Shown: positions 26,740 through 39,563 of the stretch, one piece after another
Layout: each line of letters begins with the position of its first letter
Position numbering within the stretch: the first letter of the stretch is position 1
DNA from: the human T2T-CHM13v2.0 reference genome, Homo sapiens
Length of the DNA: 64,000 nt
Strand: one strand, 5' to 3'
NCBI RefSeq assembly: GCF_009914755.1
Contig: NC_060925.1
Program-made: the position numbers and the translations under genes
The notes under the pieces: model-generated
Seen by the model: only the letters and a program-made list of their open reading frames with translations
Told to the model about the DNA's origin: nothing
Database searches by the model: none

Positions 26740-26985
26740 GGCCGCAACGAGACTGCCAAGGTCCAACAAGTCTGAGTCTGTGGCACGTGGAAGGAAGAGT
26801 CCTCTCTGTGACACATCTGCGCTTAATCCACCCAATTAGGTGTCTCCACCTGCCCCCTCCCCTGCTCCCCAGCAAGGCAAAACACCTGGGAACCAACGAG
26901 ATAAATGCAGCTGCAAAGATCCTGCGGCTGCCGCATCTGCACGACACGCCTTGTGACAGTTCCCCGCTTGAAAATGCAGTTGTGC
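26740..26985. promoter_or_regulatory. Candidate enhancer (E-box cluster, CpG-retaining)
   Basis: Seven CANNTG sites in ~200 bp, plus TAATCC, TGACAG and 10 CpGs. Confidence 0.45.
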
Positions 26986-27506
26986 AAAGGACTGTGCAGA
27001 GTGTGTTTTCCCTCCCACTCTTTCCATTCTCATTTCTTTCTCTCATGTTTATGGACTTTATCTCAATTTGAGTGAAGGCAGTTGTGCTGAATAATGATGA
27101 GGTGCTTCCTCCAGTGCTGCACAGTGATAGCCTGATAGTTTCAGCCAGCTTGGAATTCTTCAAATGTCTTCTTTTTGTTGTTATCAAAAGAGGTGACCTA
27201 CTACCTGGGGCATTGTGTTGACACCTATGGATACCAAAGAGGCAAAGTATTCGATTATCTCCTTTTTTTCCCGGTCTTCCCTAGAATTGTAACTCACTTG
27301 CTTTGTTTCTTGTGAAAAAAAAAAACTTCCTATGAAAAGAAAATATAGAATAGAGTTGATACACAGTGTGTTCAATATAAAGACAAATGGATGAATGGAT
27401 CTCAAACTGATGTAAAGGAAAATTTCCTGGAAAGCATGCTCCTTACATTTCCCATATAGATATTACCAGTTGCTTAATCAATATGTCTGTCTCTGCTTCT
27501 CTCTTC

Positions 27507-27507
<1 letters not shown>

Positions 27508-27543
<36 letters not shown>
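27508..27543. repeat. (AC)18 microsatellite
   Basis: Perfect dinucleotide run. Confidence 0.98.
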
Positions 27544-27546
<3 letters not shown>

Positions 27547-29069
27547 GAACGAACAGAAGCGATTCGAGAGTGAAGAAATTCATCTTGACCTGAAATTGCT
27601 TTTGGAACAAGTCCATCTCTGACATCAAAACAATTTCTGTCAAAGTGTCTGGGTTCAAGCAACCCACAAAATAGCAGCTTATTTAAAAACCAAATCCACT
27701 CCTTATTGAAAGTGGTGATATTTGAAGCACACACAAGTAAAACTAATTTAACCTTTGGAAAGTTATCTCTGGAGAGAAGAGTCAAAATCCCTTTATAAGA
27801 TTTTTAAGCACTGCAATTATTGACGAAGAGTATATTACTTCAGTTTTCTCTGATCAGGAAGAGGAAAAAAGAGAAAACCCCACAAGAGACATCAGCAGCT
27901 GTCAGGCTATTTTCCAACTGCAAAGAGATAGTTTACAGTGGGCTTGTGCCAGTCTCTTAAGACCCAGTTAAGAAGCCTTTTTAAAATGCCTTAAAAAGCC
28001 AACTCATACATTAATCAAGTTGAGCCCTCATCCATACTTACTGCAATACATCAATTACTATGTCTTTTTTTAAAAATAAATTCCAGTTGACAGCCGACAC
28101 CTTATTAAGGCCCACTAAAATGATACAATAAGTAGAAGGCTATTAATATTGCTCTTTTTTTTCTCCTTGCTATTGTCTTGCTGCACCGGTCTGCAAACAA
28201 ATTCAGGCTGCATTACAATTAATGCCAGTGGAACTCCTTCTAACGACTTCCAGCTTGCTAATTTTTTACGCTAATAATAAAAAAAGGCATTGCTATGCAA
28301 GAACGACCCCCTTTTATCATGCTAGCATAGCACACCAGAGAGTGTCTGCTATTGTTCACATGAAAGACAATTAAACCCTGGAACATCAAACCTAAAAATG
28401 ACAATCTGCTAACCAGCACTGGGCATTGCTCAGTGCTTTTCTCTATTTCCCGAACTGATAGAAAACAATTCTCTGAAGACATTCCTTTCCTATTCTCCCT
28501 TAACCACCCTTTGGGAAAAAAAAAAAAAAGAAAAAAACTTTAAAAAATACGCTTTGCTGATTTATGCATCTCTGCTTAGAATTTATTAACTGTCTAGGAC
28601 CAATTTCACTTCAACACTCCTATTGCCTGCAGGTTTAAATTCTGGACACATAAAACGAAATGCACCAATATCACCCACATACTATCATATTTAAAAATAA
28701 ACATTAAAAGTATTCTTTAAAAATGCACACAATATAAAAGTCTAGAAAGAGAAAGAAAAATCTAATTCTGCAACTCTGTGTATCTCATCTTCTCTGGGGA
28801 CCATGCTAGAGAGTCACAGGGCATTCTGAAAACTAAGTCTAGTCCAGAAGCTAATTTTTCACAAAGCCAGATTTAAAAAAAAAAAAAAAAAGTCCCTTCA
28901 TTCTTAGCAATATAAGGATTCATTCACCAAAAATGACACGCCCATTTACTGGAAAAATACCCTTTATTTGAACTTTAATTATAACATACAGAATATAAAC
29001 ATACCCACATAAAAGTTCACTAATTTTGTTAAAAAACTTTTCAAATTTTCACTAACATTTCCCCCATGG

Positions 29070-29290
29070 TATAAGGAGAAATAAAATAAGTCAGAAAGTC
29101 TGAGTTGCAACCTTGCCCCTGAAACCTGCGAATCTTGGGTCTCAACCAAATCTTGTAACCTCTCTGAGCGTCAGTTTCTTCATTTGTAAAATAATGAGAA
29201 AAATAGCTCCTTTTTCAAGCACAATTGTAAAGATGAAATGAGAAGACGGATATGAAAACTCTTTGAAAATTAAACCATAATACATTGTAA
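29070..29290 (+). mobile_element. MIR (MIR3/MIRc-like)
   Basis: aacctctctgagcgtcagtttcttcatttgtaaaat core. Confidence 0.75.
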
Positions 29291-29307
29291 TTAAAATAAA
29301 TAATTAA

Positions 29308-29603
<296 letters not shown>

Positions 29604-29719
29604 AAATAAAATAATTAATTAAATGAAGTTGTTGTACGACCTCACTAGAGTTGCACTGAAATCTTTATTTTCTGATTAGTAGTGAGTGACTCTCAAATGC
29701 TGGGCATGGGCAGACCTAA

Positions 29720-29915
29720 CATATTTACTCAGCAAGATTTGGTAAAGGGGCCAGGTACTATCCTAGGTTCTTCACATTTGGCATTTTATTGCATTCTCAC
29801 AAGAACTCTCTTGGCAGGGATGATCGTTCTCTGATTACAAATGAGGAAACTGAGGCCTAGGGAGATTTGGTGTTTGGCCTAAGTGGCAGAGTTGAGATTT
29901 GAATCACAGTACTGA
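29720..29915 (-). mobile_element. MIR
   Basis: ttacaaatgaggaaactgaggcctagggag...gtggcagagttgagatttgaatc. Confidence 0.8.
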
Positions 29916-30014
29916 TCACATAGAAGACACTCAATAAATGTCCCCAGCTGTGACCCATTCTTAAGGTGACTTTCCATGGTAAGCATCTTGTAAAAGAGAG
30001 CAGTTCTGTGAAGC

Positions 30015-30200
30015 CAGGTTAAGAGATGAGTTCAGGCAACCTGTACTGATATATTGGCTCTGACCCTAGTTGGCATGGACCTTTGGGCCAGCCATTAATT
30101 CCTCAGTTTTGCATCTGTAAAATACAGGGGTTTTTGTGAGAATCAAATAAGTCCATGTATAATGTTTAGAAAAATATTCAATAAATGTGAATGTGTGTTA
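30015..30200 (+). mobile_element. MIR
   Basis: cctcagttttgcatctgtaaaat...tttgtgagaatcaaata. Confidence 0.7.
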
Positions 30201-31134
30201 ATACTTTATCCTCCAGCGCTGTGTGAGAAACTCTACTTTGTAAAATAAGCATAAAATAGGATCAGTAGCTTCCACATTTAACCAAGATAAAGCAACAAGG
30301 ACCAGACTTACCCTACCATCTAAAATAATAAAAACACAAACAAAATATACAGAACAATGTGTAAGATCCTAGAGCAAGGTAAAGAGATATAGTGATCTCT
30401 AAGAGATTAGAAACAAATAAGGTAAGACCTATGATCATCTCAGCTTACTTCCTTGAGAGAGGCTCCAGGTCAAATGCAAAAGGTGAAGTCAGGCAGAGGC
30501 CAACAGACTCCTTCAATTCAGGAGACACATCTAAAAGGCTCAGGAAATCAAGGCAAGTGTAGAATAGAGTACTAGAGAAGATGTTGCTGCAAAGATAGAG
30601 AACTCCAGAGATTTGCAGATAGTCCTTTTCAAGTGTTCAATTGAATATTAAACAGTGCATGCATGCAAGGAAACTATTGAAGGCTGGGAAAAGAATCATT
30701 AAAAAGTTTAGAGGTACTAGTGCCCAGTGCTTACATAAGACTAGGAATAATGCTTGCTCTCATCACCCAGATTGGAAAAACCTCATGATTCATGGGACAT
30801 TGGGTGGGGTACACTGACAGGTCTTTACTCAAAAATGGTAAATAATTAGCTGTAGACTGAGCCCTGTTCCAGTCTACCTAACAAATATTAAAAGTAAGAA
30901 TCTAAAGGATGAAACTACTTCCAAATAACTGCATCCCAGAAAAAGCTAAGGATATTAACAGAAATACAAAATATCCAACATATGAGAAGATAGAATTCTC
31001 AATGTCTGGCATCCAATCAAAAGCTACCAGTCACTCAAAAGAAGCAGGCACATATCATCCAAAAGTGAGAAGGAAAAAACCAATCAATTGAAACAGACCC
31101 CAAAGTGACCCAGATGTTAGAAATAGCAGACAAA

Positions 31135-31454
31135 GGCCATGTGCAGTGGCTCATGCCTGTAATCCCAACACTTTGGCAGGCCAAGGTGGACAGATCACTT
31201 GAGGCCAGGAGTTCGAGACCAGCCTGGCCAACAGGGTGAAACTCCGTCTCCACTAAAAATATAAAAACTTAGCTGGCAATGGTGGCACATGTCTGTAATC
31301 CCAGCTATTCATGAGGCTGAGACAGAAGAATTGCTTAAACCTGGGAGGCAGTGTTGCAGTGAGGCAAGATCGTGCCACTGTGCTCCAGCCTGAGTGACAG
31401 AGCGAGACTCTGTCAAAACTAAATAAATACATACATAAAATAAGAAAAAGGAAA
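31135..31454 (+). mobile_element. Alu (old S, Sz-like) inserted in L1
   Basis: TSD aaatagcagacaaa at 31121-31134 and 31455-31468. Confidence 0.95.
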
Positions 31455-32444
31455 AAATAGCAGACAAAGACATTAAAACAATTATTATAACTATATTTTA
31501 TATGTCCCCAAATTGGAGGCAAGGGAGATTTATAAGCCTACAGATTAGTGAAGCTCTGCAGATCCTCAAATAAGAAACATAAAGAAAATGACACCAGGGC
31601 ATATCATAACCTAGTTGTTCAGAATGACTGATAAAGTATAAAATCTTAAAAGTAGCCAGAGACAGAAGACATTACATGGAGACCTGAAGGTAAATAAAAT
31701 AGAGATTTCTCATTGGAAAGAGTGAAAGCAAGAAGACAATATATTGGAACAATACATTTAAAGAAAGAAAAAACTGTCAACTGAGAATTTGAAATATAGC
31801 TTTTAAAAACAAAACAACAAAATATATTTGTACGTATATACAAGGCTGAAATGATTCATCGCAAGCAAAACTGCAATACAAAAATATTCAAGGAAGTCCT
31901 TGTTACAGAAAGAAAATGATACCAGATGGATATATGAATTTACACAAAAGAATGAAGAACACAAGAAATGGTAACTAGGTGAGTTAATTTATTTGCTATT
32001 ATTATTAGTACATCTCTTTAACAATGTACTGTTTAAACAAAAATCATAACGACAATGTAGTGTGGGGTTTATAATATATGTAAGAGCAAAACGTGAAAAG
32101 AATAGCACAGAGGTCGAGGGAGGAAACATGGAAATATATTATTGTAAGTCTCAAACAATAAATGAAGAGGTATAGTATCAGTTGAATGTAGTCTGTGATA
32201 AGTAAAACATGTATACTATAAATCCTAAAATAATAAAGCAAAGAGTTATAGCTAATAAGCCAACCGAGGTCATAAAATGGAATCATAAAATTTATTCAGT
32301 TAATCCAAATGAAAGTAAAAATATGAAGAGAAAGAAAACAAAAAAATGAAATAAATAAAAAATAAATAGAAAAATGCTAGATTTAAACTTAACCATATCA
32401 ATAAACACATTAAATAAAAGTGGTTTAAATATTCTAATTAAAAA

Positions 32445-32682
32445 GTAATATTCTATAGCATTACAGGGTATAATTCACAATAATTTATTGTATATTTGTA
32501 AATAGCTAAAAGAGCAGATTTTGAATGTCTCCAATACAAATAAATGCTAAATGTTTGAAGTGGTGAATATGCTAATTATCCTAATATTGATCATTACACA
32601 TTGTATACATGTATCAAAATATCACACTGCATCTCATGTGTAATTATTATACGTCAATTAAAAGTACTAAAAGCAAAAAAAA
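32445..32682 (+). mobile_element. L1MA-type 3' end nested in the older L1
   Basis: aatagctaaaagagcagattttgaatgt...gatcattacacattgtatacatgtatcaaaatatcac is typical of L1MA 3' UTRs. Confidence 0.75.
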
Positions 32683-33382
32683 TTTTAACAGTAGAGATTG
32701 TTAGATTGGATAAAAAAGCGAAATTCAACTATATGTTTCCCACAAAAATAAATACACATGAGAAAAACCTTTGTAATCTGGGATAGTCAAAATTTTTTTC
32801 TTTTAGGTACAATATGAAAAGCATAACCCATTAAATATCAAATTGATAGACTTCATAAAAATTAAAAATGTATACTCTTTAAAAGACACTGTTGTGAGAA
32901 GGAAAAGACAAGCCAACACTAGCAGAATATATTGCAAATCATAAAATCAAATAAAAGGTTTATATCTAGAATACAGAAGGAACTATCAAAACTCAATAAC
33001 AAGAAAACAAAAAACCTAATACAAAAGTAGGCAGAAGATTAGAATAGAAACTTCAACAAGGAAGATATATGAATGATAAATGAGCACATGAAAGATGCTC
33101 AACATCATTAGTCATTAGGGAAATGCAAATTAAAACTACAAGATACTACTACACATCTATTAGAATGAATACAATTGAAAAGTCTGACTAAACTAAGGAT
33201 TTGGAGCAAGTGTAATTCTCATACACTGTTGCTGAGAGTGTAAAGTGATACTACTTTGGAAGACAAACAGCTTGACAGTTTTCTGAAAAGTTAAACATAC
33301 ACTTAATATATGATCTGTTCTCAGGTTTTTACCAAAGAGCAATGAAAGTCTATGTCCATGCAAAGACTTGTAACAGTTTCCC

Positions 33383-33620
33383 TTTTTTTTTTTTTTTTAG
33401 ACAGAATCTTGCTCTGTTGCCCTGGCTGGAGTACGGTGGCGTGATCTTGGCTCACTGCAACCTCCGTCTCTTGGGTTCAAGTGATTCTCCTACCTCAGCC
33501 TCCTGAGTAGCTGGGATTACAGGTGCGTGCCACCATGCCCAACTAATTTTTGTATTTTTAGTAGAGATGGGGTTTCACCATGTTGGCCAGGCCGGTCTCG
33601 AGCTCATGACCTCGTGACCC
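33383..33620 (-). mobile_element. Alu (AluSg-like), 5'-truncated
   Basis: Poly-T, right arm and most of the left arm. It stops at ctcgtgacccccc, with no TSD seen. Confidence 0.92.
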
Positions 33621-34220
33621 CCCAAAAAGCCCAGGCTAAAATAACACAAAAATCCACTGACAGTAACTTAATAAACACATCGTAGCTTATACAATTTGAT
33701 GGTACCTCAGTAATAAAAAGGAACTAACTACTGATTCAACAACATGGATATATGTTAAAATAATTATACTGATTGAGACAAACCAGATAAAAAAGAATAT
33801 ATACTGTAGGATTCCACTTACATGAAAGTCTACAAAATGCAGACTTATCCATAGAGGCAAAAAGCAGATAAGTGATTAGCCTTGAGATGGGGGAAGTAGG
33901 TCAGTAAAGGGGTCAGAGAAAAGGATTATAAGGTAGCAAAAGAAAACTTTTGGGGTGAGATCCCCGTTTATTACGTTGATTAAGGTATTGGTTTCATGGA
34001 TGTATATGTACGTCAAAATGGATCCAATTATATACTGTAATGTGCAGTTTATTATATTTCAGTTATAACTCATAGAGCTGGTACAAACAAAGATAGGATT
34101 ATTGTCCATAAGGAATTTAAAAGTTAATTATTGAAAGAAAATATATGTACAAAATTAATGTAATGAATAAGAAGATAATATAAACTGTTTTGTACAAAAT
34201 ACATGAAAAAAAGTAGAGAC

Positions 34221-34409
34221 CAGTGATTCTTAAACTTTGATACCCATCAGAATTGCCTGGAGGGAGTGTAAAAGCATAGATTGTTGGGTCCGATGCCCAG
34301 AGTTTCTGATTCAGTAGGCCTGGGATGGAGCTTAAGGATTTACATTTCTAACAGGCTCTCTGTGAATGCTGATGGTGCTGGTCCCAGGACCACACTTTTA
34401 GAATCACTG
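34221..34409 (-). mobile_element. MER5A (hAT-Charlie MITE)
   Basis: TIRs cagtgattct and agaatcactg, core cccagagtttctgattcagtagg. Confidence 0.92.
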
Positions 34410-36211
34410 ATATATATGAGAATAGGACAATGTAGAATAAGGGCCAATTTAGAAAATAGAGAAATTATAGCATTTTTTGAAAAGCTTTATTTTTTCCTTA
34501 AGCTCACAATGAAACAGAATTCAAGTGAATAAAATTTTATTTTATTCTCAGAATTTCTTTCCTTCAAAATTTTTCTATGTTCCTACTGAAAATTCCACAG
34601 TTTTCAAGTAGATCTCATACTACCTAGTTGCAGAATTCACTGGCATAGAGACAGTCAATATCCTCTTAGAGAGCAATTAAATATCAAACCAGTGAATAAG
34701 TTAAGAATAGGGCAAGGGTATAGTCCAATTAGTCAAACCTTTTATTTCCACTTTCTGCCATATTTTCAATTATTCTTCTCCTATACCCTTTTGAGAAATA
34801 GTTATTATTGTAGGTTTAAAATAAATAAAAATAGTTTTTCTTTCTCAGGAGTCATGGGCTTTGTTCTTTGCTATTCCCTCTGCAACACTTTTTGTCCTAC
34901 CTGCTCACTTTCATCTGGCTAATTCTAATTTGCCTTTTAAGCCTGGGATAGACAGTACCTATTTGCAGAACTTTCCTGGGCATACTTCTGCTCACCCTGC
35001 TGCACAGGAAGCTCCTACTCTGTGCTCCTTGTCTCTACTGCATCCGCCATCTTGCACTAAATCATTTTATCACACTCATCACATTTTTTCTACTTCTTAG
35101 TGTATTTCTCTTTAATTTAATGAAATTGCATTTGGGACATCCTAGCTTCCCTGATCCTCTCTAAGTTACACAGTGTTAGGAATAGAGAAGGAGGAGTCAG
35201 AGGTCACCAAAGCTAGAATCATAAAATTGGAGAGACAGAACATGGGATGAAATTGTAAATATACAACATACACTTGCATACAGGCACATACAAACATTTG
35301 GGGGTTGTTAATGACTTCCCTAAGGATAGTAATTTCAAGTGGCACCAATCTTTAACCCAGATTGAATCACAGGACAAATCAAGTTTCCCAATTCCTACTC
35401 ATGCATTTGACATAGTTATGGTCTGCTTTTATAGCTTTTGATCACAATTTCCTAGGAGGCAGCTGGTCTCTAAATCAACAAGTCAGAAAAAAAAAAAAAA
35501 CAGCCAAAGCCCAGTCCTTTAACAAAATTACCTATTGAGGAGGTCAATGCTGTTTGGAACACATTTAAAACATTTATAAGAGTGATTTTTTAAATGTCTG
35601 CTATTGGATGAGGGTTACATTCAAAGATTCCAGTTGTACTTTTGTATGACACTAGACTTCTGCTGTAGTGCTTCACCCAAAACAGAGGTTTAAGGAAATA
35701 AAAAAATAAAAATAATACAGAAAAAAAAACCAAAACACTTTACTGAAAATTTTCATTTCAACCAGAAGCAAACGTGTTCTAAGAAGGCAAAGTAGAGTTA
35801 GGAACAACTCCGTGTTTCCCTCAGGAATAAACGTGATCTTTCACACTTGGGGGTTGATAGTCAGCGTGGAGTAACTTAGACCAACTTAAGAAGGAGGCAT
35901 CTGGGGCTGTTCACCTAAGGAGATGCTTCCCAGAGGCCCAGCATCTTGGGAGAACACCCCAAGTTCTCTGGAGAGGTCAGGAGTTTGGGATGCAGGATCA
36001 CACTGAAGGTCAGCCCAGCAAAGCAGCTGATCTAGGATATGGGCTTCTGACTTCCAGATTCTACCATCATCACAGAGGCTCAAAGCTGGGGCCCACACCA
36101 AAAGGGCGTGATGATTCCCAGCCTTCAGCACAACAGGAATTGACCTGGAAAGAAAGGCCTTTATTCCTCTGACAGAAAAACCTGATTCCCAAAGGAAAAT
36201 GATACTTTTAC

Positions 36212-36329
36212 CTTATTCCCTTTCTCAGTGGATCTGCATTTTCATGAATGAAGAAAAGAAGAAAGTTGAATTCTCTGACTAGGAAGGTTTCTTATAAGAA
36301 GGTTTCCAATAGACTTCAACTTTTTAAAG
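36212..36329 (-). other. Candidate minus-strand exon start (strong acceptor), with possible donor at 36211
   Basis: The minus strand reads (T)29GCTGCACAG|CTTT. AAG|GTAAAA lies 118 nt downstream. Confidence 0.3.
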
Positions 36330-36334
36330 CTGTG

Positions 36335-36369
<35 letters not shown>

Positions 36370-37662
36370 ACCACAAAGGAATAAAGAGCACTAACCAAAG
36401 AAATTTCACTCTCATAGATTTTGTAGCACCTCAGAACTTCCTTTGGAAGGGAAGGACAAAGCGGCCGTTTGCTCAGCTCAGATCATTTGGATTGAGACTC
36501 ATATGTTATTTTAAATGAACATTGCTCAGGTAGTTAAGCCTTAAAAATCAACCATCCTTGACAACTGTCCATTTTTTTTTTTAAGTCTTACCTTAAGGGT
36601 TTAAGAAACACATTTACAAAGTATGCTGTAGTGGGAACTAGCCAAGCTTCCTACCTGGCTTCATAGCACAATTGGGACTGCTGGTCTTTGTTCATTTTTG
36701 TCTTTGAAAACTTTGTTACAGTTAAAAGAGGGAAAAGGAGTAAACTTAAAAAGCAAACATGGAACACTTGTTTAGCACTTGGAACAATACAAAATTCCAA
36801 TGCACATTAAAAATATAATCCAATGGACCATTTAATTTTCAAGATTTTACTTTCACCCCTTGACTAATAATGTTAAGAAAGTACTGAATTTCTCTCGTGA
36901 TACTAGAACTGTCTTTTACAATGGCATTCCTTTTGAGAAATCAGAACTAAAGTTTTCTTTGCATTCTCTATGTGCTGAGTCCCTATATTGGATAATATTA
37001 GCATCTTTTATATCCATACCTAATATAACATTCTTTTTTCCTATATTGTACAAGTTCCAGAGTCTTAACGCTTTATAGTAGTGCCAACAAAAATGTTTAA
37101 GGAAAGGCCATCCAAAAGCAGACATGACATTTTGCAGAGTCTTCAGTTTATCTTTAGAATGTATAATTATAAACTGTACTTGAAATAAGCTGCCCAGATA
37201 TTTGCGTTAACACAGAAATTCTGTTACCATTAGTTCTTGCTCAGTAAATGCAAATATTGTGAACATGCTGTTTAACAGCAGCAAATATCATGTCTCCCAT
37301 TTTTATGAAAAGTAATACTGTAAAACATGCTATCAAGTAATCAACATATTTATTAAACAGTTCTCCATACAAGCCATGTACATACATACACACATTTTAT
37401 TGGACAGTGTAGTAAGTGACCACAGTTGAAGTGTTCACATCCAATATCATACATATGTACATCCCCTTTATATGGTGCAACTATAGCAATACAATGACAT
37501 TTTAAGGATTGCTCTTATTGTTATTTAACATATATGTTCTTATCAATATTGAAATATATATTTTTTAGGGGAAAGCAACAAGCATGTACATTAGTTTCTA
37601 CGGAAGATCTACTTTCTTAAAACAACCATATTAAAATCATATATACTAGCTCTCCAATGTAG

Positions 37663-37908
<246 letters not shown>

Positions 37909-38239
37909 TAAAGTATGTCCATATTTCTTCCTCCACGTGGCCTTTCTTACAGTCTTCAAACTCTGGCATCCATGGTTAGATTTTCTTTCATTTTTTGATG
38001 TGGGTTTTCAAACTTAAAAAGAGAGTATAAAGTAATCTCTCTTCTTTATTTTCTGCTACATAGACAGTTTTTAACTTTAAATATTTTACATTTCCCTAAT
38101 TACAAGTTTCTGTCATTTTCTTCATCAGTCTTCAAACTATGAAATGATGAAAAGATATATTTGGTTTTAAAAGATAAAATGATGAAACTTTGTGATACTG
38201 GTGCTCTTCTTCAAAGGCCTTTGAGTCTTCTGTTTCAGT

Positions 38240-38370
38240 ATGTATGCAACGTGCATGCTGACATGGTCTCAGGAAGTATATTAGCTGCAAGAATAACTAT
38301 CTTTGCATTATGCATATGGGAAAACTGAGGCACAGAACAAAATCACTTGTCCAACATCTTGTAGAAACTG
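38240..38370 (-). mobile_element. MIR fragment
   Basis: atgggaaaactgaggcacagaac...acttgtccaacatc. Confidence 0.65.
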
Positions 38371-39172
38371 TAAGTGTGCACAGAAAATAATTGAGAGGGA
38401 GATATAATTTAATTCAAATCACTTATCAAAAGAATTCTCCTTTTGCTTTGATAATATTTTTCTAACCTCTCCTTTTTACACAGCCAAATTCTCAGCAATA
38501 ACCAGAAAGTCAACCCAAATGTAATTATCTTAAGTTTATAATAATTTTAAAGTTTGGGCAGAAATTTCTCTTCATATATTCATGAAGAAAGTTTCCTGTA
38601 AGTAAATGAATAGTGAAACAAATTTGCGTAGGGGATATTTAACTACTTAAGATAATATATCTTTGTGGGTCCCTGTTAATTTGAAAGCAACTATTTCACT
38701 GCAGAAAAATTGATAAGCAATCATTCTTAAATTTGTAAGAAAAAAGACTCTAAACATCTTTATTAGCATGCTTTGTAAGTCCAAGTCCAATTCTGTTTAT
38801 TTGAGACATTTATTTTATCAACCATCATCTCTCCCCGACCTCTTCTCCACTATACTGTAATTCCATGGTGCTAAGGTTATTTTTTCTTATCAGTGTAAAA
38901 ATTTTATTTTCTAAATTATAATACAGCATAATCAACACTTATTTTGGTGTACAGCCCTATGAATCTTAACACATGAATAGGTTAATGTAAATATCACAAG
39001 AATCGGGGTACAAAACAATTCCCTGCCCTACAAAACTCCTACTAGCAATCCCTTTATAGGCCAATTGCCTGTCACCCCTAACTCCTGGCAACCACTGATC
39101 TGTCTCCAGCACTACAATTTTATCTTTTTGTGAATGTCATAAAATGGGATACTACAGTATGTCACTTTTTGA

Positions 39173-39563
<391 letters not shown>

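Larger units (their letters stand above)
30265..34090 (+). mobile_element. Old L1M (L1MC/MD/ME-type), internally deleted, spanning 5' UTR to 3' end, with nested insertions
   Basis: L1M 5' start (cttccac...aagataaagcaacaaggaccagacttaccc), ORF2-end motifs (catcattagtcattagggaaatgcaaattaaaac) and an L1M 3' UTR. A-rich on the + strand. Confidence 0.85.

Noticed and set aside
26657-27187. Overlapping 176-aa and 126-aa ORFs as a gene
   Set aside because: No recognisable domain or coding-like composition. Locally higher GC explains the lack of stops.
36108-36190. C/D-box snoRNA-like GTGATGA...CTGA
   Set aside because: No convincing terminal stem or recognisable rRNA/snRNA guide. Such short boxes occur by chance.
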